In this document: in pieces, positions 44,292-53,687 of the stretch
How positions within the stretch are numbered: position 1 is the first letter of the stretch
How the letters are laid out: every line of letters starts with the position of its first letter
Source: Bifidobacteriaceae bacterium
GTDB taxonomy: Bacteria; Bacillota; Clostridia; Christensenellales; Borkfalkiaceae
Direction: 5' to 3'
Length of the DNA: 64,000 bases
Assembly (NCBI GenBank): GCA_963610935.1
Contig: CAVDPT010000009.1
Location: forward strand, 2,597-66,596
The notes under the pieces: generated by a model
Databases searched by the model: none
What the model saw: the letters and a program-made list of their open reading frames with translations, nothing else
What the model was told of the DNA's origin: nothing
Position numbers and translations under genes: made by a program

Positions 44292-45746
44292 TTACGCGGC
44301 GGTATCGGTATTCTCGGAGGAGTCTCCGCTCGAGCTGCTTGCGGTAAGTCCCAGCATCTTTCTCATTTTTTCTTTATATTCGTCCGAAACGCTCGTTTTG
44401 TTTATTGCGTCTTCGAATTTTTGTTTGTCGAGTTCCCCAACCTCCATGAGAGAGCTGCCTTCGTCGAGTTTGGTTTCGAGTATAGTGACGAGCTGTTCGT
44501 TTGCGGAAAGACCGTCCACGATCTTTTGAACATCGTCGTTACTCATATTCTGCGCCGTGGGATTTTCGGCTATGACTTCTAACGAGTCCGCCGCTTCCGT
44601 GAATGCTATTTTTGAAATGTCTACATCTCCGAGGTCTTCAAACGTTCTTGCTATTTCAGCCTTTTTCTCTTCGGAGACGCCGGTTGAGGCAAAAGTCTGT
44701 ATAACGTCTTTAACGACCGACTTAAGAATGTCCGCCGCTTCCTCAGACGGTTTATCCTTTATTTGGTCGAGAGCCTTGAGACTTTCAATCATCGGGGCTA
44801 CGTTCTCTTTGGTCGTTTTTCCCTCGGCGTTTATTTTAGACATGGCGTTCATGATTTTTTGGGTTTGCGTCGCAAGGTCTATGCCCACTTCCGCCGCCTC
44901 TATTGCGGCGGAAAGCCTCAGTTTATTACCGTTCGCGTCAGTCGTGGTCGTCATAAAATTGTATAAGGGACTGCCTGTCTTGGCGTAAAGTTTGCCGATA
45001 AAAGAGGAGGAATAACCGTCTATCATATCATAGACGCCTGCCTCTTTAAGTGCCTCCGCAACGGGGTTTTCCTTTGAAGAGCTTGATTCCGTCGAAGTTG
45101 CGGAATCGCCCGATTCCGAGGACGTTGCGCCGTCCGTTTCCGAAGCGTACAAGGAGACCCCCGAAAGAGAAGCCGTCTCTGTTTCGTGACTAAACGCCGT
45201 AACGTTAGAAGTCGAAGCGGTAAGACCGGAAAAGTCCCATGCCGTAATCTTGTTCAAATCGCCCACGAGACCTGTAATCGGCACGCACAGAATAAGCGCC
45301 ACGACCGCGCCCTGCACGAGTCCCACGAGCGCGCCCGCCCACCTTAAACTCTTTTTCTTCTTTAAGAATATCTTGATTATCGGGAACAGAATGAGGTAGG
45401 TCAACAATGCCAGCAGTATAAATACGACCATAAACGCGACGAGACCTAAAAGAATATCGACGAGTGCATTCGCGAGAGATTTAAGCGACGCAGGGGTAGT
45501 GGTCAAACTTGAAAAAATGTTTGCGATAAAATCGTCCTTTATACTCTCTATAGTCCGACCGCGTATCTCGATTTTTAAAATCCAGTTTATGACCACGGGG
45601 CGCAAGAACCACGCCGCGACCGCGCTGACGAGGACGAGGACGAGCCGAACGACCGACCGCGAAAGTCCGCGGTACAGTCCGAGCAGTACGCCGAGTATTA
45701 AACACAACGCGGATATTGCCGCTATGCTTAAAATAAGAAGATTCAT
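44292..45746 (-). CDS. CvpA-like membrane protein with a ~330-aa Ser/Thr-rich and helical extension
   Basis: The N-terminal 4-TM region resembles the CvpA family (GLYRGLSRSVVRLV...). I did not recognise the remainder. Confidence 0.5.
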   Translation of the reverse strand: MNLLILSIAAISALCLILGVLLGLYRGLSRSVVRLVLVLVSAVAAWFLRPVVINWILKIEIRGRTIESIKDDFIANIFSSLTTTPASLKSLANALVDILLGLVAFMVVFILLALLTYLILFPIIKIFLKKKKSLRWAGALVGLVQGAVVALILCVPITGLVGDLNKITAWDFSGLTASTSNVTAFSHETETASLSGVSLYASETDGATSSESGDSATSTESSSSKENPVAEALKEAGVYDMIDGYSSSFIGKLYAKTGSPLYNFMTTTTDANGNKLRLSAAIEAAEVGIDLATQTQKIMNAMSKINAEGKTTKENVAPMIESLKALDQIKDKPSEEAADILKSVVKDVIQTFASTGVSEEKKAEIARTFEDLGDVDISKIAFTEAADSLEVIAENPTAQNMSNDDVQKIVDGLSANEQLVTILETKLDEGSSLMEVGELDKQKFEDAINKTSVSDEYKEKMRKMLGLTASSSSGDSSENTDTAA

Positions 45747-45799
45747 GTTTGTTTCTCCGTTTTTATTTTGAGACGTCTTATAGAACGTCTGCTGTTTCT

Positions 45800-45829
45800 A
45801 TTATACAACACATACTGTCTAAATGTCAA
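45800..45829 (-). promoter_or_regulatory. Consensus sigma-A promoter for the CvpA-like gene
   Basis: The minus strand reads TTGACA-18 nt-TATAAT. Confidence 0.5.
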
Positions 45830-45933
45830 AAAAACAAGAATAATTTATATTTATAGACAGTGTTAAAGTTTTGTTCGGCAAAGCTTCCCGCGAGCAAGCG
45901 TCTATATCGCGCCGCGCGCTATACCCTTTCACA

Positions 45934-46467
45934 CTATACCTTTTTCAGTATTTTAACTATTTCGCCGATATAACCCTGATGAAAATCCTCGTTCGGATAG
46001 TTTTCCGAAACGGTTTCGGGATAGAAAAAACCGCTCTTTTCCATTTTATAGGTAAAAAGCTTTCTGCACACGAAAATAGTTTCCGCTTCTTCTATCGCGA
46101 CGGCGTTTTCGAGGTACAACGGAGTAAGCCCGCACGCCTTTAATTTATCGGCGTAATCTCTCCCCGACCTGCCGCCCAGAAATCCGAGTTCCTTTTTTCT
46201 CCCGCCGTTAAAGGAGGAAAGGGTAAAGAACGGCTGTTCGTCTATGAATTTTTTGGTGTACCTTTGCGGACGGACGTATACCGTCGCGACGGGCATTCCG
46301 CCGCGGTGAGAGCCGTCTCCTTTCCACAGCGAACCCATCTGTCCCCAAGAAACGGTCATAGAGCCGTACCCGTTTTTATCGCCCGCGGTAAGGGCGAGCC
46401 AGTCTTCCCCGATCGTCTTGTAAACGTCGAGGTTTATTTCTTCGAGAGTTACTTCCTTAAAAGCCAT
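45934..46467 (-). CDS. Flavin reductase-like (FMN-binding split-barrel) protein
   Basis: The MAFKEV... start is preceded by ggaga. The SWGQMGSLW...VYVRPQRYT pattern is typical of this family. Confidence 0.7.
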   Translation of the reverse strand: MAFKEVTLEEINLDVYKTIGEDWLALTAGDKNGYGSMTVSWGQMGSLWKGDGSHRGGMPVATVYVRPQRYTKKFIDEQPFFTLSSFNGGRKKELGFLGGRSGRDYADKLKACGLTPLYLENAVAIEEAETIFVCRKLFTYKMEKSGFFYPETVSENYPNEDFHQGYIGEIVKILKKV

Positions 46468-46625
46468 ATTTGTCTCCTGCCGTTTTTTATAATGATAGCA
46501 CGCCGAACACAAAAAAACAAGAGGCTAAAGGAGTTTTTAAGCCGTGACGCCGAAAAAACGAGAATTTTCTTGTTTTTCGGGCGACGAAATGTTACAATGA
46601 ATACAGAAACGCACGGAGGCTTAAA

Positions 46626-47000
46626 ATGAACAAAAAAACAATCGCGCTCATCGCGCACGACAACAAGAAAACCGAAATCATAGAATGGGCTGTAAAAAAC
46701 AAGGATATTTTAAGCCGTTTCGACTTATGCGGAACGGGGACTACCGCAAAGCTCGTCGGAGAAGCTACGGGGCTTAACGTGAAACGCTATCTTTCGGGAC
46801 CGCTCGGCGGAGACCTCGAAATCGGCGCGAAAACCGCCGAGGGCGCAATCGACGTGATTATCTTTTTGTGGGATCCGCTCCAAACCCAGCCGCACGATCC
46901 CGACGTTAAAGCTCTTCTTCGCATAGCCGTCGTATACGACGTGCCTATCGCCACCAACGTCGCCACGGCGGAGTACGTCCTACATTCCGACTTGCTGTGA
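46626..47000 (+). CDS. mgsA: Methylglyoxal synthase
   Basis: IALIAHDNKK and the GPLGGD motif; 124 aa. Confidence 0.93.
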   Translation: MNKKTIALIAHDNKKTEIIEWAVKNKDILSRFDLCGTGTTAKLVGEATGLNVKRYLSGPLGGDLEIGAKTAEGAIDVIIFLWDPLQTQPHDPDVKALLRIAVVYDVPIATNVATAEYVLHSDLL

Positions 47001-47090
47001 GTTCTTGCGGCGGCGCGCCCCGCTACGCGTTGCGACGAAGGGATATAAGCGACGGGATAGCGGAGTTTCGGGGCAAAACCTACGATATGC

Positions 47091-47119
47091 TTTACATAAC
47101 TTTTCTTTTGTGCTAAAAT
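47091..47119 (+). promoter_or_regulatory. Candidate promoter for the ABC exporter (leaderless-type spacing)
   Basis: TTTACA-17 nt-(TGc)TAAAAT. The ATG at 47127 begins 8 nt after the -10. The track ATG at 47118 overlaps the -10 itself. Confidence 0.4.
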
Positions 47120-47126
47120 GTTTTCT

Positions 47127-48833
47127 ATGAAAAACGCCGAAAAAAAGAGAAAAAAAAGCGCGATAGCTTGGCTATACGCTAACGCAAAAGGGCAGCGCGG
47201 CAAGATGCTGTGCCTTATTCTTGCCAACGCCTTTTTGTCCGTTTTGTCCGTCGCTTTCGCCTTTGCGGTCAGGGAAGTCGTCAACGGCGCGGTCGTTAGC
47301 GACAGGGATAAGCTTATTTTCGGCATTATCTTTATAATTTCCATAGTCCTTTTACAGTTTCTGTTTAGGCTCATAGCGGGCGGACTTACCGAGCATATCA
47401 GGGCAAAGCTCGAAATCGCCTATAAATCACGCGTTTTTTCTAAAATTCTGACAAAAAAATACGCCGCGATACAGGAGTATCACAGCGGCGAACTTATGAA
47501 CCGTTTGACGCAGGACGTCTCGGTCGTCGCGGACGGAGTTACTTCCGTCGTGCCGTCGGCGGTTGCGGCAGTCGTCAGACTCGTCTGCGCGGTCGTCGCG
47601 CTCGTCACGCTCGATTGGGTTTTTGCGATAGCGTTCGTCGTAGCGGGCGCGCTCGTCTTTATAATTCTCGGCGTGCTTCGCGGTAAGCTCAAAAGCTTGC
47701 ACAAAAAATCCTTGGAGTCGGACGGAGCGGTGCGGTCGTTTATGCAAGAAAGCGTGGAAAACTCGCTCGCCTTAAAGGTTTTTTCGGTAAACGACAAGAT
47801 AGAAAAAAAGTCGGACGAGCTGCAGAACGAGAATTTTAAGTGGAAAATGCGCCGCAAAAACTACGCGGTGTTCGGCTCCGCCGCCTATAACCTTATTTTC
47901 AGCGCGGGGTATCTTTTCGCGCTCATATACGGCGGAGTGTGCATATTTAGGGGTACGGGGCTTACTTACGGCGACCTGACGGCGATTTTACAGCTCGTAA
48001 ACAACGTGCAGGTGCCGTTCGCTTCGCTTTCTTCCGCTTTCCCCAAATACTACGCGACCGTAGCCTCCGCCGAGCGACTTATAGAGCTCGAGGAGCTTGA
48101 CGAGGAAGCGCACGAGGAAGGAACGAAAAAAGACGCGGCAAGGCTTTACGATAAAATCCGCGCCCTCGTCGCGGAGGACGTGAGTTTTTCTTACGGCAGA
48201 GAACAGGTTTTTAAAGGGGCTTCGGCAAGGATAGAAAAGGGGGATTTCGTCGCGGTGACGGGGGCTTCCGGCATAGGCAAAAGCACGCTTATCAAGCTGA
48301 CTCTCGGCGTATACGATGTGGGCGGCGGCGAAATATATTTCGATTCCTCGGACGGGAAAATACCCGCTAACGCTTCTACGCGTCCGCTGTTTTCCTACGT
48401 TCCGCAGGGGAATATGCTGTTTTCGGGGACGCTTCTCGAAAACGTGACCTTCATTAACGACGGGGCGAGCGAAGAGGATATCGACCGCGCGCTCGAAATA
48501 GGATGCGTAAAGGATTTCTTAAAGGACCTGCCCGACGGACTGAACACAAAGGTAGGCGAAAACGGCGTGGGGCTTTCCGAAGGGCAGATACAAAGAGTGG
48601 CGATTGCCCGCGCGGTTTTGACGGGCGCGCCGATAATTCTCCTCGACGAAGCGACGAGCGCGCTCGACGCAGAGACCGAGCTGAAAGTCTTGCGCGGGCT
48701 TAAGGAGCTTAAAGGCAAGACGCTGATATTTATATCGCACAGAGCCGCCGCCCTTGCTATATGCAATAAAGAATTACGCGTGTCCCGCGGAAAATTCGCG
48801 ATGAAAGAACTGAAGAACGAGGCGGAGGACTAA
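47127..48833 (+). CDS. ABC exporter, fused permease/ATPase (MsbA/type I exporter-like); alternative start at 47118
   Basis: 6-TM domain plus NBD with Walker A GASGIGKST, signature LSEGQ and Walker B ILLDEATS. Confidence 0.85.
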   Translation: MKNAEKKRKKSAIAWLYANAKGQRGKMLCLILANAFLSVLSVAFAFAVREVVNGAVVSDRDKLIFGIIFIISIVLLQFLFRLIAGGLTEHIRAKLEIAYKSRVFSKILTKKYAAIQEYHSGELMNRLTQDVSVVADGVTSVVPSAVAAVVRLVCAVVALVTLDWVFAIAFVVAGALVFIILGVLRGKLKSLHKKSLESDGAVRSFMQESVENSLALKVFSVNDKIEKKSDELQNENFKWKMRRKNYAVFGSAAYNLIFSAGYLFALIYGGVCIFRGTGLTYGDLTAILQLVNNVQVPFASLSSAFPKYYATVASAERLIELEELDEEAHEEGTKKDAARLYDKIRALVAEDVSFSYGREQVFKGASARIEKGDFVAVTGASGIGKSTLIKLTLGVYDVGGGEIYFDSSDGKIPANASTRPLFSYVPQGNMLFSGTLLENVTFINDGASEEDIDRALEIGCVKDFLKDLPDGLNTKVGENGVGLSEGQIQRVAIARAVLTGAPIILLDEATSALDAETELKVLRGLKELKGKTLIFISHRAAALAICNKELRVSRGKFAMKELKNEAED

Positions 48834-48939
48834 TCCGCACAACGCAAAAAAAACAGAAAAACCGCTAACCTATCCGAAAAGGACGGCGCGGGTTTTATTT
48901 TTACGGTGATTTTCGGCGGTCTCTTCGCCCGTAGGATCG

Positions 48940-50112
48940 TTATACCAAAAGCATTCTGCCGGAGGGAGAAGCCCCCGTCGCGAGCGAGTATAAATCGGCG
49001 GCGAGCGCGTCTTTTTCGAGCGAGCGTAAGGCGGCGCGCTTTAACTCCGTTTCGTCGCTTTTTCGCGTAAGCACGGGTATCTCCGCTTTTTCGGATATTA
49101 TCTTTATTATATCCGTCTTGTCCGCGTTCACCGCAAGCACCTTGGCGTAAAGTCCGCTTTTAAGGGTTTCCGCCGTCAGTTCCGCTTTTATACCCAAAAG
49201 ATTGTTTATGAGTATTCTTCTTATTCTCGTCGCGGGGTAGCGTTTGGTAGAAGCTTTTTGCACCAGCTCTTCCACCGTTTTATTGTCCTTCGCGAGCGCT
49301 TTGATTCTGTTTTCCAGCCCTTCCGTGCAGTCCGCTATTTCCGCCATATCCTCTTTTTTTGCGGTATAAAGGGCGGTCATAATCATTTTGTCGAACGCGA
49401 AGGGATATTTCCCTAAATCCTCGTAAACGAAAGAGGGAACGCACTTTTTAACCTTCTTTTTTTCGCCCGCCTTTAACGCCGCGCGTATGCTCGTCGCGCT
49501 CGTTATCCCTTTTTTGAGCGTCGGGTCGTTATGTTCGCTGTCGCCCGTTCTTATCATCGGGTAAAGCGTTAATTTTTCGCCCGAAGAAAGGTTCGCCTTC
49601 GCGTATTCCAAAGCGAGAATGTTATTCGGGGAAGCGATAAGCTTTTCGTCGAATTTCCCGCCGAGAGCTTTTACCGCCTCGAATTTCGCTTTTGCGAGCG
49701 ACGCGCCCGTTTCGAGGATCTCTTTGAGCGCGCGCTTAAATTCCTTGCTTTCGTCGCTTAAAGCCGCGGCAAGTTTCTCGTAATCCTCCGCCGCGCCGCT
49801 TTCTACGCCGAAGCACAGCCCGTCCGCAAAGTTTAACGAGGATAAAATATTCACCGCGCCTTTCGCGAAAATTTCCGCGTTGGCGGTCGAAAAAACCGCG
49901 GGTAGCTCTATGACCGCGTCCGCGCCCGCTATAATCGCATGCCGCGCCCTCGTATACTTATCGAGAACGGCAGGCTCGCCGCGTTGTGTAAAGTCGCCGC
50001 TCATAATAACGACGACGCGCTCCGCTTTCAGTTCGTTTTTTATATAGTTCAGATGCCCTACGTGTCCGAGGTGCAGCGGATTATATTCCGCAATGACGGC
50101 GCAAGCTTTCAT
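48940..50112 (-). CDS. tmcAL: tRNA(Met) cytidine acetate ligase TmcAL (YlbM/UPF0348 nucleotidyltransferase)
   Basis: IAEYNPLHLGH HIGH-like motif, ~390 aa, and a neighbourhood containing yceD-rpmF as in Bacillus ylbM-ylbN-rpmF. Confidence 0.8.
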   Translation of the reverse strand: MKACAVIAEYNPLHLGHVGHLNYIKNELKAERVVVIMSGDFTQRGEPAVLDKYTRARHAIIAGADAVIELPAVFSTANAEIFAKGAVNILSSLNFADGLCFGVESGAAEDYEKLAAALSDESKEFKRALKEILETGASLAKAKFEAVKALGGKFDEKLIASPNNILALEYAKANLSSGEKLTLYPMIRTGDSEHNDPTLKKGITSATSIRAALKAGEKKKVKKCVPSFVYEDLGKYPFAFDKMIMTALYTAKKEDMAEIADCTEGLENRIKALAKDNKTVEELVQKASTKRYPATRIRRILINNLLGIKAELTAETLKSGLYAKVLAVNADKTDIIKIISEKAEIPVLTRKSDETELKRAALRSLEKDALAADLYSLATGASPSGRMLLV

Positions 50113-50350
50113 TTATGCGCGCCTCCTTTCGCCCCCCAAGCGGGGCGTGTATTGTAATTTTTATGAAAAAGTCACCAAAAGCTCATAAAGCGGTTTACTT
50201 TTTTCTAAAAAAGTTGTAAAATAAACTCGTTTGGAAAAATTCCCGACGGGAACGCGTCTTTTGGAGAGGTTTTCCCATAAGGATATTTTACTACGTTTCG
50301 TGAAAAATACAAAACGAAAAATTAAAAAAGGCGGATAAAAGGTAAAAATT

Positions 50351-51388
50351 ATGGCGGACGTACTTCAAAGCATAGTCGAAAGAGCTAAAAAGCTCAACAA
50401 AAACGTGGTTCTCACCGAGGGCGAGGACGCGCGCGTGGTCAAGGCGGCGGCGGAAGCCGCGGCGGAGGGCATTGCGAGAATTACTCTTCTCGGCAACCCC
50501 GAAGAAATCAAAAAGAATAACCCGAACGTCGATATTTCGGGCGTTACCGTGGTCGATCCCGTCACCGACGAGAGGACGGATAAATACGCCGAAATGCTTT
50601 TCGAGATAAGAAAGGGCAAAATCAACAAAAAGACCGGTAACCCCGAATACGAGGACGCGGCGGCGGCGAAGAGTGCCATTCTCAAAGACTACGCTATGTA
50701 CGGCGCGCTTATGCTTAAAGCGGGCGACGTGGACGGAATGGTTTCCGGCGCGTGCCACTCCACGGCGAACACTCTTCGCCCCGGCTTGCAGGTTATAAAG
50801 ACCGCGCAGGGAATCAATACCGTTTCGAGCAGCTTCGTTATGGTAGCTCCCGCGGGCGAAAACAAATATAATCCCGACGGCGTTGCGGTATTCGGCGATT
50901 GCGCTATCAATATCGAACCCGACGCACAGCAGCTTGCGGACATCGCGATTTCTTCCGCGGAAACGGCAAGAACCATCGCGGGGATAGAACCGAGAGTAGC
51001 CATGCTCTCCTTCTCCACCAAAGGCTCCGGAAACGACGACAAATATTTTAAGTCCGTTCCCAAAATGCAGGAAGCGGTCGCGCTTGCGAAAGCCGCCGCA
51101 GAGGATCTTATCGTAGACGGCGAATTCCAGTTCGACGCCGCCGTCGCGCCCGAAGTCGGCAAACTCAAAGCTCCCGACAGCAAGGTTGCGGGACACGCGA
51201 ACGTGTTTATCTTCCCCAACATAAACGCGGGCAACATCGGCTACAAGATAGCGCAGCGTTTCGGCGGATATATGGCTCTCGGTCCTATTTGTCAGGGTTT
51301 TGCAAAACCCATCAACGACCTTTCCCGCGGTTGCAATGCGGACGACGTCAAGGCGGTCGTCGCGATAACCGCTCTTCAGGCGAAATAA
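50351..51388 (+). CDS. pta: Phosphate acetyltransferase
   Basis: Short-form Pta colinearity (...GPICQGFAKPINDLSRGC...), immediately upstream of ackA. Confidence 0.93.
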   Translation: MADVLQSIVERAKKLNKNVVLTEGEDARVVKAAAEAAAEGIARITLLGNPEEIKKNNPNVDISGVTVVDPVTDERTDKYAEMLFEIRKGKINKKTGNPEYEDAAAAKSAILKDYAMYGALMLKAGDVDGMVSGACHSTANTLRPGLQVIKTAQGINTVSSSFVMVAPAGENKYNPDGVAVFGDCAINIEPDAQQLADIAISSAETARTIAGIEPRVAMLSFSTKGSGNDDKYFKSVPKMQEAVALAKAAAEDLIVDGEFQFDAAVAPEVGKLKAPDSKVAGHANVFIFPNINAGNIGYKIAQRFGGYMALGPICQGFAKPINDLSRGCNADDVKAVVAITALQAK

Positions 51389-51421
51389 AAAAACGTAACG
51401 GATTAACGGAGAATATAAAAA

Positions 51422-52612
51422 ATGAAAATACTCGTAATAAACGCGGGAAGCTCTTCCCTTAAATATCAGCTTATAGATATGGATAACGAAAGCGTTATCC
51501 TAAAAGGTCTTTGCGAAAGAATAACCTTTAAGGGCGGCAAGCTCACGCAGAAAACCTTCGACGGCAGAGAAACCGTCATCGAACAGGATATGCCCACCCA
51601 TAAAGAGGCTATGCAGCTCGTTCTCGGCGCGATGCTCGACAAGGAAAACGGCGCGCTTAAAAGCGTGGACGAAATCGGCGCGGTAGGACACAGAGTTCTC
51701 CATTCGGGCGAAGACTTCAAACATTCGGTAGTCATCGACGACGAGGTTATAAAAATTTGCGAAAAGAACGCCGAGCTCGGACCTCTCCACATGCCGGGGA
51801 ATATCGCCTGCATAAAGAGTTGCCGAGAGGTTATGAAGGGAGTGCCTATGGTCGCGGTGTTCGACACCACCTTCCACTCCACCATGCCCGCAAAAGCGTA
51901 TATGTACGGCATACCCTATGAGGTTTACGATAAATATAAGATAAGAAAATACGGCTTCCACGGCACGTCGCATAAGTTCGTTTCGGAAGAAGTCGGCAAG
52001 CTCCTCGGCAACAGGAACGCAAAAATGATTATCTGTCACCTCGGCAACGGTTCTTCCGTTTCCGCCGTAAAGGACGGTAAATGTCAGGACACCTCTATGG
52101 GATTCACCCCGCTCGAAGGTCTCGTTATGGGAACGAGAAGCGGCGATATAGATCCCGCGGCGGTAGATTTTATGCGCGTCAAGCTCGGCTTAAAGCCGGA
52201 AGAAGTCGTTGACTATCTCAATAAAAAGTGCGGAATTATGGGCGTTAGCGGATTTTCCAGCGATATGCGCGATTTAACCGCGGCTATGAAAGAGGGCAAC
52301 GAACGCGCGAAACTCGCTATCGAAATGCTCGCGTACAGAGTTAAAAAGTACGTCGGAAGCTATCTTGCCGCGCTTAACGGCGCGGACGCCGTCGTCTTTA
52401 CCGGCGGAATAGGCGAAAATTCTCCGCTCGTCCGCAAGCTCGTCATGGAAGATATGACTTTCTGCGGCGCGGTTCTCGACGAAAAGAAGAACGAAACGCG
52501 CGGCGAAACGTTTATCAACGCGGCGGATTCCAAGGTGAAGATTATCGTTCTTCCCACCAACGAAGAGCTTTCCATCGCGAGAGAAACGAAAGAACTTACG
52601 AGCGCGAAATAA
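51422..52612 (+). CDS. ackA: Acetate kinase
   Basis: MKILVINAGSSSLKYQL, HRVLHSG and GFHGTSH motifs. Confidence 0.95.
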   Translation: MKILVINAGSSSLKYQLIDMDNESVILKGLCERITFKGGKLTQKTFDGRETVIEQDMPTHKEAMQLVLGAMLDKENGALKSVDEIGAVGHRVLHSGEDFKHSVVIDDEVIKICEKNAELGPLHMPGNIACIKSCREVMKGVPMVAVFDTTFHSTMPAKAYMYGIPYEVYDKYKIRKYGFHGTSHKFVSEEVGKLLGNRNAKMIICHLGNGSSVSAVKDGKCQDTSMGFTPLEGLVMGTRSGDIDPAAVDFMRVKLGLKPEEVVDYLNKKCGIMGVSGFSSDMRDLTAAMKEGNERAKLAIEMLAYRVKKYVGSYLAALNGADAVVFTGGIGENSPLVRKLVMEDMTFCGAVLDEKKNETRGETFINAADSKVKIIVLPTNEELSIARETKELTSAK

Positions 52613-52728
52613 TTCGGAAAGCCGCCCCGCTTTTCGAAAGAGAGGCTTTCTGGGCCGATAAAACGTCTCCGCTTAAAGGGAGATTTACGAAAAAGTCCGC
52701 TTAAAGCTCGAAAAAACGGGTAAAATCG

Positions 52729-52757
52729 TTGACAAGGCTTTATAAATGTTATATACT
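52729..52757 (+). promoter_or_regulatory. Sigma-A-type promoter for yceD-rpmF
   Basis: TTGACA-17 nt-TATACT. Confidence 0.45.
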
Positions 52758-52786
52758 TGATAGGCTATTATTCTTTAAGGGCGTCT

Positions 52787-53224
52787 ATGATTTTTGATTT
52801 AAGAGAGTTAAAAAGAAGAGGCAAAACGGCAGAGACCTTTTACTTCGAATACGAAGCGGAAAAGGGAATCGTCGATATACCCCTCGCGGAAATAGTAAGC
52901 CCCGTTAAGGTTACGGGCGAGATAACGCTCACGGGCGAGGATGCCGCCTGTATAGAGGGCGAAGTCGTTTTTTCTATCAAGGGTTGCTGTACGAGATGTC
53001 TCGAAGAGACCGAAAAGGAATACGTTTGCGAGTTCTTTGAAGAGGTTGACGGCAGCGAGGAATCGGCGTATAAGCTCGTAAACGGCAAAGTAGACGTAAA
53101 AAGGATAGCCGACGATACGGTTATTATGAATCTCCCGATAAATTTCCTTTGCAAAGAAGATTGCAAGGGACTTTGCGCGGGATGCGGCGTGAACCTTAAT
53201 CACGACGAATGTAAATGTAAATAA
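52787..53224 (+). CDS. yceD: YceD/DUF177 protein (large-subunit rRNA accumulation factor)
   Basis: C-terminal CKEDCKGLCAGCGVNLN motif, directly upstream of rpmF. The ATG at 52787 is preferred to the TTG at 52757. Confidence 0.8.
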   Translation: MIFDLRELKRRGKTAETFYFEYEAEKGIVDIPLAEIVSPVKVTGEITLTGEDAACIEGEVVFSIKGCCTRCLEETEKEYVCEFFEEVDGSEESAYKLVNGKVDVKRIADDTVIMNLPINFLCKEDCKGLCAGCGVNLNHDECKCK

Positions 53225-53241
53225 AGGAAAGGTACGATACA

Positions 53242-53436
53242 ATGGCAGTACAGAAAAGCAAAACCTCCAAGCAGAGGACGAACACCAGATACGCGCAGTG
53301 GAAATTAGAGGCCCCCAATCTTTCGGAATGCCCCCAGTGCCACGAGCTTAAAGCTTCTCATAAAGTTTGCCCCAAATGCGGTTATTACGACGGCAAGCAG
53401 GTGGTAGACGTTTCCGCAAAAGAAAAGAAGGACTAA
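53242..53436 (+). CDS. rpmF: 50S ribosomal protein L32
   Basis: MAVQKSKTSKQRTN... with CPQC...CPKC zinc-ribbon cysteines. Confidence 0.93.
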   Translation: MAVQKSKTSKQRTNTRYAQWKLEAPNLSECPQCHELKASHKVCPKCGYYDGKQVVDVSAKEKKD

Positions 53437-53498
53437 AACGGTTTTATTAAAGGCGGAGACAGCGGGAGCGAGAAAAGCTTTTGCGAAGAGAAAAGAGC

Positions 53499-53531
53499 AA
53501 ATGCGCAGGGAAAAATTCCCCGCGCATTTTT
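53499..53531 (+). terminator. Probable rpmF terminator hairpin
   Basis: aaatgcgcaggg/ccccgcgcattt stem (one mismatch) running into a T-run. Confidence 0.55.
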
Positions 53532-53552
53532 CCGTACGGAAAAATGCGCGGG
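53519..53552. repeat. Perfect 34-bp palindrome
   Basis: cccgcgcatttttccgtacggaaaaatgcgcggg equals its own reverse complement. Its left arm is shared with the upstream hairpin. Confidence 0.95.
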
Positions 53553-53687
53553 ACAAAAACCGCCGCCGAGAAAAGGCGCGGCGTAAAACGATTGCTTTTT
53601 GGCGCGTTTCGTGCTAAAATTGCTTGTAACGAGTGTAAATAACGAAGATAAACAACGACGAAAACAAGAAGATTTCGGAGAGAAAAG

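Noticed and set aside
46787-47374. 195-aa minus-strand ORF between mgsA and the ABC exporter.
   Set aside because: It runs antisense to the 3' half of mgsA and the 5' end of the exporter gene. It has no start context.
50291-51196. 301-aa minus-strand ORF across the pta promoter and gene. Similar long antisense ORFs occur over ppdK (11513-12484, 12509-13240), rny (2047-2790), pgpH (16732-17523), mnmE (21781-22443) and jag (33876-34541).
   Set aside because: All lie antisense to strongly supported conserved genes and have Arg/Gly/Phe-rich low-information translations. None has a start context. I treated them as shadow ORFs.
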